Below are positions 54,880 through 64,000 of a DNA stretch of 64,000 nt, piece by piece. A program made the translations under genes and the position numbers. Position 1 is the first letter of the stretch. Every line of letters begins with the position of its first letter. The DNA comes from Oscillospiraceae bacterium (GTDB lineage Bacteria; Bacillota; Clostridia; Oscillospirales; CAG-382), in NCBI GenBank assembly GCA_015064895.1, contig SVRI01000001.1, positions 202,787 to 266,786 on the forward strand, written 5' to 3'. A model generated the notes under the pieces. The model was not told the DNA's origin, ran no database searches, and saw nothing but the letters and a program-made list of their open reading frames with translations.

Positions 54880-55641
54880 ATGAACGAAAAAATCAATATC
54901 AGAGGCGTGTATTTTGACAACGTAAATATGGATGAAGCCATGGAAAAGGCAAAGGAAATGGTCAAGTCCGACGGTTTTTCGTATATGGTTACTCCAAATT
55001 CCGAAATCGTGCAGAATTGTATTGAAAACAGAGAACTTTATGATGTTATAAATTCGGCAGAGCTTATTATACCCGACGGCATAGGTGTTGTGTATGCCTC
55101 GAAGATTCTAAAGACTCCCTTGAAGGCAAAGGTTCCGGGATGTGAAGTGGCGGAAAAGCTTATGGAATATGCTGCGACCACGGGCGACGGTGTTTTCTTC
55201 TTCGGAGGCGGTAAAAAGACCGAGGAAAGAGAAGCCGTATCAACTCTTGCGGCAAATAGAATGTGTGAAAAATATCCCGGTCTCAATATTGTCGGTACGC
55301 GTGACGGCTATTTTACGGATGCCGATGTTCCCGACATAATTGAGAAAATAAACAATTCGGGTGCAAAGATACTCTTTGTGTGCCTCGGTGCACCCAAGCA
55401 GGAAAAGTGGATTTACGATAACAGAGATGCTTTGAAAGTCAATTTTGCGGCAGGTCTCGGCGGAACGCTTGATGTCTTTGCTTGTACCGTAAAAAGAGCT
55501 CCCAAGTTTTTCATAAAGACAAATCTCGAATGGTTTTACAGACTCATCTGCATGCCCTCAAGAATCGGCAGAATGATGAAATTGCCAAAGTTCCTGTTTG
55601 GAACAATGATTCATAAAAACAAGGGTTTTGAAAATAAATGA
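54880..55641 (+). CDS. WecB/TagA/CpsF family glycosyltransferase
   Basis: INIRGVYFDNVNMDEAMEK..., PDGIGVVYASK, LGAPKQEKW. Confidence 0.85.
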   Translation: MNEKINIRGVYFDNVNMDEAMEKAKEMVKSDGFSYMVTPNSEIVQNCIENRELYDVINSAELIIPDGIGVVYASKILKTPLKAKVPGCEVAEKLMEYAATTGDGVFFFGGGKKTEEREAVSTLAANRMCEKYPGLNIVGTRDGYFTDADVPDIIEKINNSGAKILFVCLGAPKQEKWIYDNRDALKVNFAAGLGGTLDVFACTVKRAPKFFIKTNLEWFYRLICMPSRIGRMMKLPKFLFGTMIHKNKGFENK

Positions 55642-56816
55642 TATTAAGAACTCTTAAAACTTGGAATTTCAGAAATCTTATTGATAATCCGCCCGAATTT
55701 CATGACGGCATAAACGTACTGTTCGGTGATAATGCGGCGGGCAAGACCAATACTCTTGAAGCAATATATCTTTTTGCCACCGGCAAGAGCTTCCGCACAC
55801 GCAGTGAAAAGGATTTTATCCGACACGGCGAAAGCTTTGCAAGGGCGGAAATCGGATATGAAAATTCGCTTCTTTGCCGAAGTATGTCCGTGACATATAT
55901 GGCAAGCGGTGCAAAGGCACTCAAGGGCATGCAGGTTGAAGGGGCACAGGTTGACAAGGTGTCGGAGTTTTTAGGTAATTTCAGAGCTGTACTCTTTACA
56001 CCCGACCACTTAGAGCTTGTAAAGGGTGCACCCGAAGAAAGAAGAAGACTTATTGACATGGCACTCTGCCAGATACAGCCGAGATTTGTTAAGAGCCTTA
56101 ATGATTATATGAAGGTTCTTGCACAGAGGAACAATTACCTCAAATCCATAAAGTTTTCGGGCAAAGAGGCAGACCTTGATTACTTGGGCGTTTTGAATAT
56201 GCAGCTTTCAAAATCGGGTGCCGTTATAACAAAGCAAAGAGGACTTTACAGTCAAAAACTGTCACTTCTTTCGGGCAATGCTTATGAAAGCCTTACATCG
56301 GGAAGTGAATGCCTTTATGCAAGATATATTTCAAGGGCGTGTAAGGGAGCTCTTTCCGATGAAAAGGAAATAGCAGAAAACCTTTATGCCATGTATGAAA
56401 AGGACACAAAGCACGATATTGAGCTTGGCAAAACAAGTCACGGTCCCCACCACGATGAGCTGATGATTTATGTGGCAAAAAAAGGAGAAGGCGAAGCCTT
56501 TGCAAACAAGGCGTTTGAAATGCCGGAAGAAAACCTTTCGGAATATGCCGCAAGAAGCTTTGGCAGTCAGGGACAGCAGAGAAGTGCGGTGTTATCCATT
56601 AAGATAGCAGAAGGGGAAATTGTAAAGGAAAAATGCGGTGAATATCCCGTGTTTCTTCTGGACGACCTTTTCAGTGAGCTTGATGACAAAAGAAGACAGA
56701 AGCTGTCGGAAATGTTTATCGACAAGCAGTGCATTATTACCTGCTGTGACAGAGCTGCACTGCCTAAAGGGGCGGACATGTTTGTTATAAATGTGAGCGA
56801 AGGCAAGTACTTTTAG
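55638..56816 (+). CDS. recF: DNA replication and repair protein RecF
   Basis: LKTWNFRNL...GINVLFGDNAAGKTNTLEAIYLFATGKSFRT; SMC-type signature; ATGA overlap with the upstream gene. Confidence 0.93.
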   Translation: MILRTLKTWNFRNLIDNPPEFHDGINVLFGDNAAGKTNTLEAIYLFATGKSFRTRSEKDFIRHGESFARAEIGYENSLLCRSMSVTYMASGAKALKGMQVEGAQVDKVSEFLGNFRAVLFTPDHLELVKGAPEERRRLIDMALCQIQPRFVKSLNDYMKVLAQRNNYLKSIKFSGKEADLDYLGVLNMQLSKSGAVITKQRGLYSQKLSLLSGNAYESLTSGSECLYARYISRACKGALSDEKEIAENLYAMYEKDTKHDIELGKTSHGPHHDELMIYVAKKGEGEAFANKAFEMPEENLSEYAARSFGSQGQQRSAVLSIKIAEGEIVKEKCGEYPVFLLDDLFSELDDKRRQKLSEMFIDKQCIITCCDRAALPKGADMFVINVSEGKYF

Positions 56817-57042
56817 GAGTTAGGAGTTAGAAGTTAGGAGTTATGAGTTAAATGCAAAATGCGGAATGCAAAATGCAAAATGCGGAATGAGTTTGACCGC
56901 CCTCCTTATGGCGGGCAAACGGGGTTGTTTGTGCGACACCAATGGTTTGTTAAGCACAAGGATATAACGTGAATTGTCAGCGCGGACTCCGCGCCGTGAA
57001 TTGCCGGCGGCGGCTCGCCGCTTAGGAGTTAGGAGTTAGGAA
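56814..57042. repeat. family-1 mosaic element (H7, second H7, B, linker, D x2, H7) between recF and remB
   Basis: TAGGAGT-type heptamers x5 (56814-56848; the first TAG is the recF stop); AATGCAA/AATGCGG x5.5 (56851-56889); B GAGTTTGACCGCC..GGCGGGCAAACGG (56889-56923); CGTGAATTG plus GCGCGGACTCCGCGC; CGTGAATTG plus GCGGCGGCTCGCCGC (57007-57021); TTAGGAG x3 (57022-57042). Confidence 0.93.
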
Positions 57043-57052
57043 CCTGAGATTT

Positions 57053-57328
57053 ATGAAAACAAATCCTTATATCAATGTCGGCGGTACGCAGATACTTGCA
57101 AAGAGCGACATACTCGGAATATTTGACCTTGACACGGCAAGTACAAAAACAGATACAAAGCGTTTTCTTTCCAAATGCGAAAGCGAAGGACATCTTATTA
57201 TGGTGGGCAACGATATCCCCAAGTCCTTTGTGCTGACCGCAAGCGGAAGGAAAGAGCACGTTTATATGACTCAGCTTTCGGTGTCCTCCATTGAAGGCAG
57301 ATGGAAACGCAAGAATGCACATCTGTAG
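57053..57328 (+). CDS. remB: DUF370 / RemB-like protein
   Basis: 91 aa; YINVGGTQILAKSDILGIFDLD...; conserved position between recF and gyrB, as for B. subtilis yaaB/remB. Confidence 0.8.
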   Translation: MKTNPYINVGGTQILAKSDILGIFDLDTASTKTDTKRFLSKCESEGHLIMVGNDIPKSFVLTASGRKEHVYMTQLSVSSIEGRWKRKNAHL

Positions 57329-57431
57329 GGAAAGCCCTGCGGCAAATTCACGGTATATTTTCGCGAAAACATAGGCGTTTAGTGTCGCTTGACGAACACC
57401 GTTTAACCGCCATAAATGCAAGCGGTTAAAC
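57325..57431. repeat. family-1 element (D-linker-B) starting on the remB stop codon
   Basis: GTAGGG-AAAG-CCCTGC includes TAG 57326-57328; GGCAAATTCACGG; GTTTAGTGTCGC; B hairpin GTTTAACCGC-CATAAATGCA-GCGGTTAAAC (57401-57431). Confidence 0.85.
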
Positions 57432-57456
57432 TAAATACTGAAAAAATTTTCTTTAG

Positions 57457-59601
<2,145 letters not shown>

Positions 59602-59640
59602 TACGTTAAAAGAAAATTCACAAAAAACTTTGCATAAATG

Positions 59641-59669
59641 TTGACAAACGGAAAAAGTTAGTATATAAT
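59641..59669 (+). promoter_or_regulatory. sigma-A promoter of yceD-rpmF
   Basis: TTGACA, 17 nt, TATAAT. Confidence 0.6.
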
Positions 59670-59710
59670 ATCATTTGTGACTGCAAATGGGCGGTCAGAT
59701 CGGAGGCGTG

Positions 59711-60262
59711 ATGAAAAATCACGTATACACTTCAAAAAACACGGTTGTTGATGTTACAAAAATCTACAACGGTGCAGTAAATGAAATAAATCTCGACTTC
59801 AGTCTTGACATTGAAGAAGGCTCTACAGACGACTATGTGTTTGAAAATGCACCGGATGTTTGTGCAAGAATCTTTGAAAAGGCAAGGGGACGGGATGAAA
59901 ACGAAAGCTATGTTGCCCTGCAAATCAAGGTGACAGGCAGGTACAACTGTCTTTGCGGCAGATGTGCAAAAGAACTGACAAAAGATCTTTGTGTAAGTGC
60001 CGAATACGGTGTAACAAGAAAGCTGAGCGAAGATTCCGATGAATATGTAGAAGCTCCCGAGGGGCTTTTGGATGTCGGAGAACTTGCAAGAACGCTCTTT
60101 TATCTTGAACTTCCGCAAAGAGTTTTGTGCAAGGACGACTGTCAAGGACTCTGTCCCGTGTGCGGCGTCGATCTTAACCTCTCCACATGCTCCTGTAAGC
60201 AGGTTAAGAAAGGCAAAGGACTCGAGGGACTTAAAAAACTACTTGACAATTACGAAGAATAG
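59711..60262 (+). CDS. YceD/DUF177 family protein
   Basis: C-terminal CKDDCQGLCPVCGVDLNLSTCSC; located upstream of rpmF as usual; alternative start at 59687. Confidence 0.8.
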   Translation: MKNHVYTSKNTVVDVTKIYNGAVNEINLDFSLDIEEGSTDDYVFENAPDVCARIFEKARGRDENESYVALQIKVTGRYNCLCGRCAKELTKDLCVSAEYGVTRKLSEDSDEYVEAPEGLLDVGELARTLFYLELPQRVLCKDDCQGLCPVCGVDLNLSTCSCKQVKKGKGLEGLKKLLDNYEE

Positions 60263-60331
60263 TAGTAGAATAGTCTTTGCGATAAATTAAGTTTATAAAA
60301 AACATATCAAAATACAGGAGGTGCCCTACAA

Positions 60332-60523
60332 ATGGCAGTACCAAAGAGAAAGGTCTCCAAGGCGAGACGTGACAAGAGACGCAGCAATGTTTGGAAGCTC
60401 GGTCTTCCCGGCATGACAAAGTGCCCCAAGTGTGGAACATTCATCCTTTCACACAGAGTTTGCAAGAACTGCGGAACATATGCCGGCAAGGAATACATTT
60501 CCACAGAAGCAAAGGAAGCATAA
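60332..60523 (+). CDS. rpmF: 50S ribosomal protein L32
   Basis: [23 protein letters not shown]...[20 protein letters not shown]. Confidence 0.97.
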   Translation: MAVPKRKVSKARRDKRRSNVWKLGLPGMTKCPKCGTFILSHRVCKNCGTYAGKEYISTEAKEA

Positions 60524-60559
60524 GTTAGTTTGTGCTTTGCTGACAATCTAAAGCGTAAC

Positions 60560-60801
60560 AAGGGAAGGTTTGCCGAAAGAAGCAAGTCTTCCTTTTTGCG
60601 TCGGGAAAGCCCGACAGCAAATTCACGGGCGCGACGCGTTAAGAAAACAACCCTGTGTGGTTGTTTTTAGCCAAAGCGGTGAGCAAGCTTGCTTGCGAGC
60701 AGGGCAAAATATTGTGATTGGCAAATTTTGATTGTCGCATAACCAAATATGACAGTAGGGACAGGCGTCCCCGACTGTCCGTTTTGAGTTTGGAGTTAAT
60801 A
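60560..60801. repeat. family-1 composite between rpmF and the DUF512 gene
   Basis: GGGAAG..CTTCCTTTTT hairpin; D GTCGGG-AAAG-CCCGAC (60600-60615) plus AGCAAATTCACGGG; AAAACAACC..GGTTGTTTT; TGATTGTCGCATAACCAAATATG linker; GACAGTAGGG..CCCCGACTGTC; ends GAGTTTGGAG, which supplies the RBS. Confidence 0.8.
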
Positions 60802-62115
60802 ATGGTAAAAATATCGGGAATTGAAAGAAAATCCCTTGCCGAAAAGGCGGGGATACTTTCGGGAGACGAGCTTGTCTCCATAAATGACAATGAAATAAAT
60901 GATGTTCTCGACTACAGATTTTACCTGACCGAGAAGAAACTCAGGCTGCTTATTCACAGAGACGGCGACGAGCTTGTTTTTGACATAAAGAAGCCCCAGT
61001 ATGACGACATAGGTCTCGAATTTGAGACTTATCTCATGGACGAAAAGCACACCTGCACAAACAAGTGCGTGTTCTGCTTCATCGACCAGAACCCCGAAGG
61101 CATGCGAAAGATGTGCTACTTCAAGGACGACGACTCGAGAATGTCCTTCTTCTACGGAAACTACGTTACCCTTACCAATATGAAAGAGTCTGAGGTCGAA
61201 AGGCTTATCAAAATGAGAATTTCGCCCATCAACATTTCGGTGCATACAACAAATCCCGACCTCAGGTGCAAGATGTTAAACAACCGTTTTGCAGGGGATG
61301 TACTGCGTTACATGGACAAATTCCGCGAGGGCGGCATTGCCATGAACTGTCAGATTGTACTGTGCAAGGGTCTCAATGACGGAAAAGAGCTTGAAAGAAC
61401 ACTTGACGATTTGGTACAGCTTTTCCCGAGTGTTGAAAGCATTGCCGTAGTACCCTCGGGACTTACAAAGTACCGCGAGGGACTTTATCCCTTGGAGGAT
61501 TTTTCTAAGGAGGATGCAAGAGAGGTTATTCATCTTGTTAACTCCAAAAGACGAGAGTTTGAAGAAAAGACGGGTCACACCATTGTGCAATGCTCTGACG
61601 AGTGGTACTTAAAGGCGGGAATTGAGCTTCCCGACGAGGACTACTACGACGGATATCCCCAGCTTGACAACGGAGTGGGACTTATAAAAAGCATGGAAAA
61701 TGAGATTCTCATGCGAATCGGGGAGCTCAAGGAAGAAGGCTTTAAATTAGAAAAGCCGAGATGCCTTTCATCCGTGACAGGCACGGCAGCATACCCTTTT
61801 ATTTCTGCCATGGCAAAAATGCTGATGGAGGAATTTGAGGGGCTTACCTTTAACGTATACGAATGTAAAAACGAATTTTTCGGTCACTCGGTAAATGTTG
61901 CAGGGCTTCTTGTGGGTGAGGACCTGTACAACCGTCTGAAGAATGAGAACCTTGGCGAAGAACTGCTTATTCCCCACGTAATGCTTCGTCACGAGGGGGA
62001 TTTATTCCTCGACAACACGGACGTTGACGAGCTTGCCGAAAGGCTGAATATAAGCATATATCCCATTCCTGCATCCGACGGATTCTGTTTTGTGGATGCG
62101 GTGCTTGGTATATAG
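60802..62115 (+). CDS. DUF512-type radical SAM protein with N-terminal PDZ-like domain
   Basis: CTNKCVFCF (CxxxCxxC) cluster motif; PDZ-like N-terminus; ATG 60802. The upstream ORF-track extension translates the repeat. Confidence 0.78.
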   Translation: MVKISGIERKSLAEKAGILSGDELVSINDNEINDVLDYRFYLTEKKLRLLIHRDGDELVFDIKKPQYDDIGLEFETYLMDEKHTCTNKCVFCFIDQNPEGMRKMCYFKDDDSRMSFFYGNYVTLTNMKESEVERLIKMRISPINISVHTTNPDLRCKMLNNRFAGDVLRYMDKFREGGIAMNCQIVLCKGLNDGKELERTLDDLVQLFPSVESIAVVPSGLTKYREGLYPLEDFSKEDAREVIHLVNSKRREFEEKTGHTIVQCSDEWYLKAGIELPDEDYYDGYPQLDNGVGLIKSMENEILMRIGELKEEGFKLEKPRCLSSVTGTAAYPFISAMAKMLMEEFEGLTFNVYECKNEFFGHSVNVAGLLVGEDLYNRLKNENLGEELLIPHVMLRHEGDLFLDNTDVDELAERLNISIYPIPASDGFCFVDAVLGI

Positions 62116-62272
62116 GAATTAGGAATTAGGAATTAGGAATGAGTTTGGTCGGTGGCGTTTATGCCGACCAAACGGTATAATAATCGAGAAATAAAAACGG
62201 AAGAAAAATAGGAAAATTAGGTGCTCGGTGCGAGTTCTTTTTGCCTACTTTTTCTCCGAAAGAAAAAGTAGG
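62113..62272 (+). repeat. family-1 element (H7 x4 - B - C) spanning exactly from the DUF512 stop to the der RBS
   Basis: TAGGAAT x4 (62113-62140; the first TAG is the stop codon); B GAGTTTGGTCGG..CCGACCAAACGG (62141-62175); AATCGAG plus purine tract; hairpin CCTACTTTTTC-TCCGAAA-GAAAAAGTAGG (62244-62272). Confidence 0.93.
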
Positions 62273-62280
62273 TGGAAAAT

Positions 62281-63624
62281 ATGTCCAAACCCATAGTTGC
62301 CATTGTAGGTAGACCTAATGTAGGTAAAAGTACATTTTTTAATAAAATAGTCGGCAAGCGTATTGCCATTGTCGAGGACATTCCCGGTGTTACACGTGAC
62401 AGACTTTACTTTGAAGTCGAATGGTGCGGCAGAAAGATGATGTTCATTGACACGGGCGGTATTGAGCCTGACACAAACGACATGATTATGACGCACATCA
62501 AGACTCAGGCTGAGATTGCCATTGAATCTGCCGATGCCATTGTTTTTATGACAGACATCCGCGCAGGCGTTACTGCCGACGACAGAGAAATCGCGTCAAT
62601 GCTCAGAAAGAGCCAAAAGCCTGTTGTTCTCTGCGTAAACAAGGTGGACTCTGTGGGTGCGCTTCCCATGGAATTCTACGAATTCTATGAACTTGGACTC
62701 GGCGATCCCTTTGCCGTATCCTCGGTACATGGCAGCGGTACAGGCGATATCTTAGAGCAGCTGTGCGAGTATCTTCCCGAAGAAATCGAGGAGGAAGAAG
62801 ACGAAGACAGAATTAAGGTTGCGGTTATAGGACGTCCAAATGCCGGTAAATCCAGCCTTGTCAACCATATTCTCGGCAAGGAACGCATGATTGTATCAAA
62901 TGTGGCAGGTACAACCCGTGACGCCATTGACTCGGATGTTGAAAACGACCACGGAAAGTACGTCTTTATTGATACGGCAGGCATAAGAAAGACGGGCAAA
63001 ATCGGTGACAGCATAGAAAAGTACAGCATCCTTCGTGCCGAAATGGCGGTGGACAGAGCCGATGTATGTTTAATTGTTGTTGATGCAACAGAGGGCATTA
63101 CCGCCCAGGACGAAAGGGTTGCGGGCATTGCCCACGAAAGCGGCAAGGCGTGCATTATCATCATAAACAAGTGGGACCTTGTTGAAAAGGAAACGGGTAC
63201 ATTAGAGAACTACCGCAAGGAAGTTTACGAAAAGCTGTCATATATGACATACGCTCCCGTACTCTTTATCTCGGCAAAGACAGGTCAGAGGGTTGACAAG
63301 ATTTACGAGCTTATCAACTATGTTCACGACCAGAGCTGTATGAGAATTTCTACGGGTATGCTCAACGACGTTCTTAACGAAGCTACAAACCGTGTGCCTC
63401 CGCCAACAGACAAGGGCAGACGCTTAAAGATTTACTACATGACACAGACGGGCATCAAGGCGCCTACCTTTGTCATGTTCGTAAACGACGCAGAGCTTTT
63501 CCACTTCTCCTATCAGAGATATATCGAAAACAAGCTTCGCGAGGTCTTCGGCTTTGAAGGCACGCCCATAAAGCTTGTTATACGTCAGAAGGGCGAAGAC
63601 GAGCTCGAAAACCCCGGCAGGTAG
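62281..63624 (+). CDS. der: ribosome-associated GTPase Der (EngA)
   Basis: MSKPIVAIVGRPNVGKSTFFN..., second G domain VAVIGRPNAGKSSLVN, KH-like C-terminus. Confidence 0.96.
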   Translation: MSKPIVAIVGRPNVGKSTFFNKIVGKRIAIVEDIPGVTRDRLYFEVEWCGRKMMFIDTGGIEPDTNDMIMTHIKTQAEIAIESADAIVFMTDIRAGVTADDREIASMLRKSQKPVVLCVNKVDSVGALPMEFYEFYELGLGDPFAVSSVHGSGTGDILEQLCEYLPEEIEEEEDEDRIKVAVIGRPNAGKSSLVNHILGKERMIVSNVAGTTRDAIDSDVENDHGKYVFIDTAGIRKTGKIGDSIEKYSILRAEMAVDRADVCLIVVDATEGITAQDERVAGIAHESGKACIIIINKWDLVEKETGTLENYRKEVYEKLSYMTYAPVLFISAKTGQRVDKIYELINYVHDQSCMRISTGMLNDVLNEATNRVPPPTDKGRRLKIYYMTQTGIKAPTFVMFVNDAELFHFSYQRYIENKLREVFGFEGTPIKLVIRQKGEDELENPGR

Positions 63625-63810
63625 CACCTGCGGGCATATTCGCGGGCTATGTTTGATTTAAAACATGCCTTTGGTGTCACGTAATCAACCTTTTGCGGCT
63701 ATCAGACAACGACAGCCGCAAAATCAAGACACCGACAGAATGCAATCCAATAAATCGTGGCGGATAGCACGGTTATCCATTCCCGACCACCAAACACCGG
63801 CGGTCGGGAA
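63617..63810. repeat. family-1 element (D-linker-B plus extra hairpins) overlapping the der stop codon
   Basis: GCAGGT-AGC-ACCTGC (63617-63631) contains TAG 63622-63624; GGGCATATTCGCGGG; CTTTGGTGTCAC; TTTTGCGGCT..AGCCGCAAAA (63691-63723); TTCCCGACCACC..GGCGGTCGGGAA (63780-63810). Confidence 0.85.
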
Positions 63811-63851
63811 TTGCGTTTATTATAATAAAAATATGAGGAGTAGAACGAAAT

Positions 63852-64000
63852 ATGAACTTTACTGACAACCAAAAAAATGCAATAAATGTCCGTGACTGCT
63901 CCCTCATTGTATCTGCAGGTGCAGGAAGCGGTAAAACCGCCGTTCTTACAGAAAGAATACTTGAACGTATCTGTGACGAGAACGACGATTGCAACATTGA
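63852..64000 (+). CDS. addA: UvrD/AddA-type helicase, N-terminal fragment (runs off the window)
   Basis: MNFTDNQKNAINVRDCSLIVSAGAGSGKTAVLTERILERI: Q-motif plus Walker A, typical of AddA/RexA; only 49 codons visible. Confidence 0.7.
   Translation, partial: MNFTDNQKNAINVRDCSLIVSAGAGSGKTAVLTERILERICDENDDCNI

Overview
64-kb chromosomal segment of a low-GC, spore-forming Clostridia-type Firmicute (spoIVA, remB, T-box leader, SLH protein). An Oscillospiraceae/Ruminococcaceae-like origin is my inference only. Most of the window is core genes: tig (partial), tRNA-Lys, nrdR, smpB, a T-box-controlled ilvB-ilvN-ilvC-ilvD cluster, a zinc-ribbon Clp ATPase, a full his cluster (hisZ-G-D-C-B, an inserted GH78-like gene, hisH-A-F-I-E), tRNA-Val, a YtrA-type GntR/ABC operon, CE7 esterase and GH130 genes, mfd, a phosphofructokinase, an orphan lipoprotein SBP, a 1239-aa SLH protein, spoIVA, tagA-like, recF-remB-gyrB, yceD-rpmF, a DUF512 radical-SAM gene, der, and the start of addA. 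Accessory-looking items are a stand-alone three-gene lysis-type cassette behind a promoter-leader-terminator, a solitary mazF, and an HTH-ADP-ribosylglycohydrolase fusion. No CRISPR array, transposase, integrase or rRNA was seen. The most unusual signal is non-coding. At least 17 intergenic loci (about 3.5 kb by my hand count) are filled by two families of modular, hairpin-rich repeats. Family 1 has four modules: H7, tandem heptamers such as TAGGAGT/TAGGAAT/AATGCRR/CTCTTAC; D, a GC hairpin followed by GCAAATTCACGG; B, GAGTTTG-stem-TTATG-stem-CAAACGG; and C, a purine-rich tract ending in the hairpin CCTACTTTTC-TSCGAAA-GAAAAGTAGG. Family 2 has two modules: X, ACCTCCTCAGTCASC..GSTGACAGCTCCCCC..GGGGAAGCC; and Y, GCCTTCCCC..GGGGAAGGTGGGTTGC..GCAACTCGGATGAGGT. 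Stems covary between copies while loops and flanking motifs are kept, and modules occur in either orientation. The elements often run exactly from a stop codon to the next start codon inside the ilv and his operons: three stop codons lie inside a repeat, and three start codons directly abut the same hairpin. I propose this as a BOX/BIME/REP-like but apparently distinct structured-repeat system with possible translational roles. All non-ORF coordinates were derived by hand and may be off by 1-2 nt. No database search was possible.
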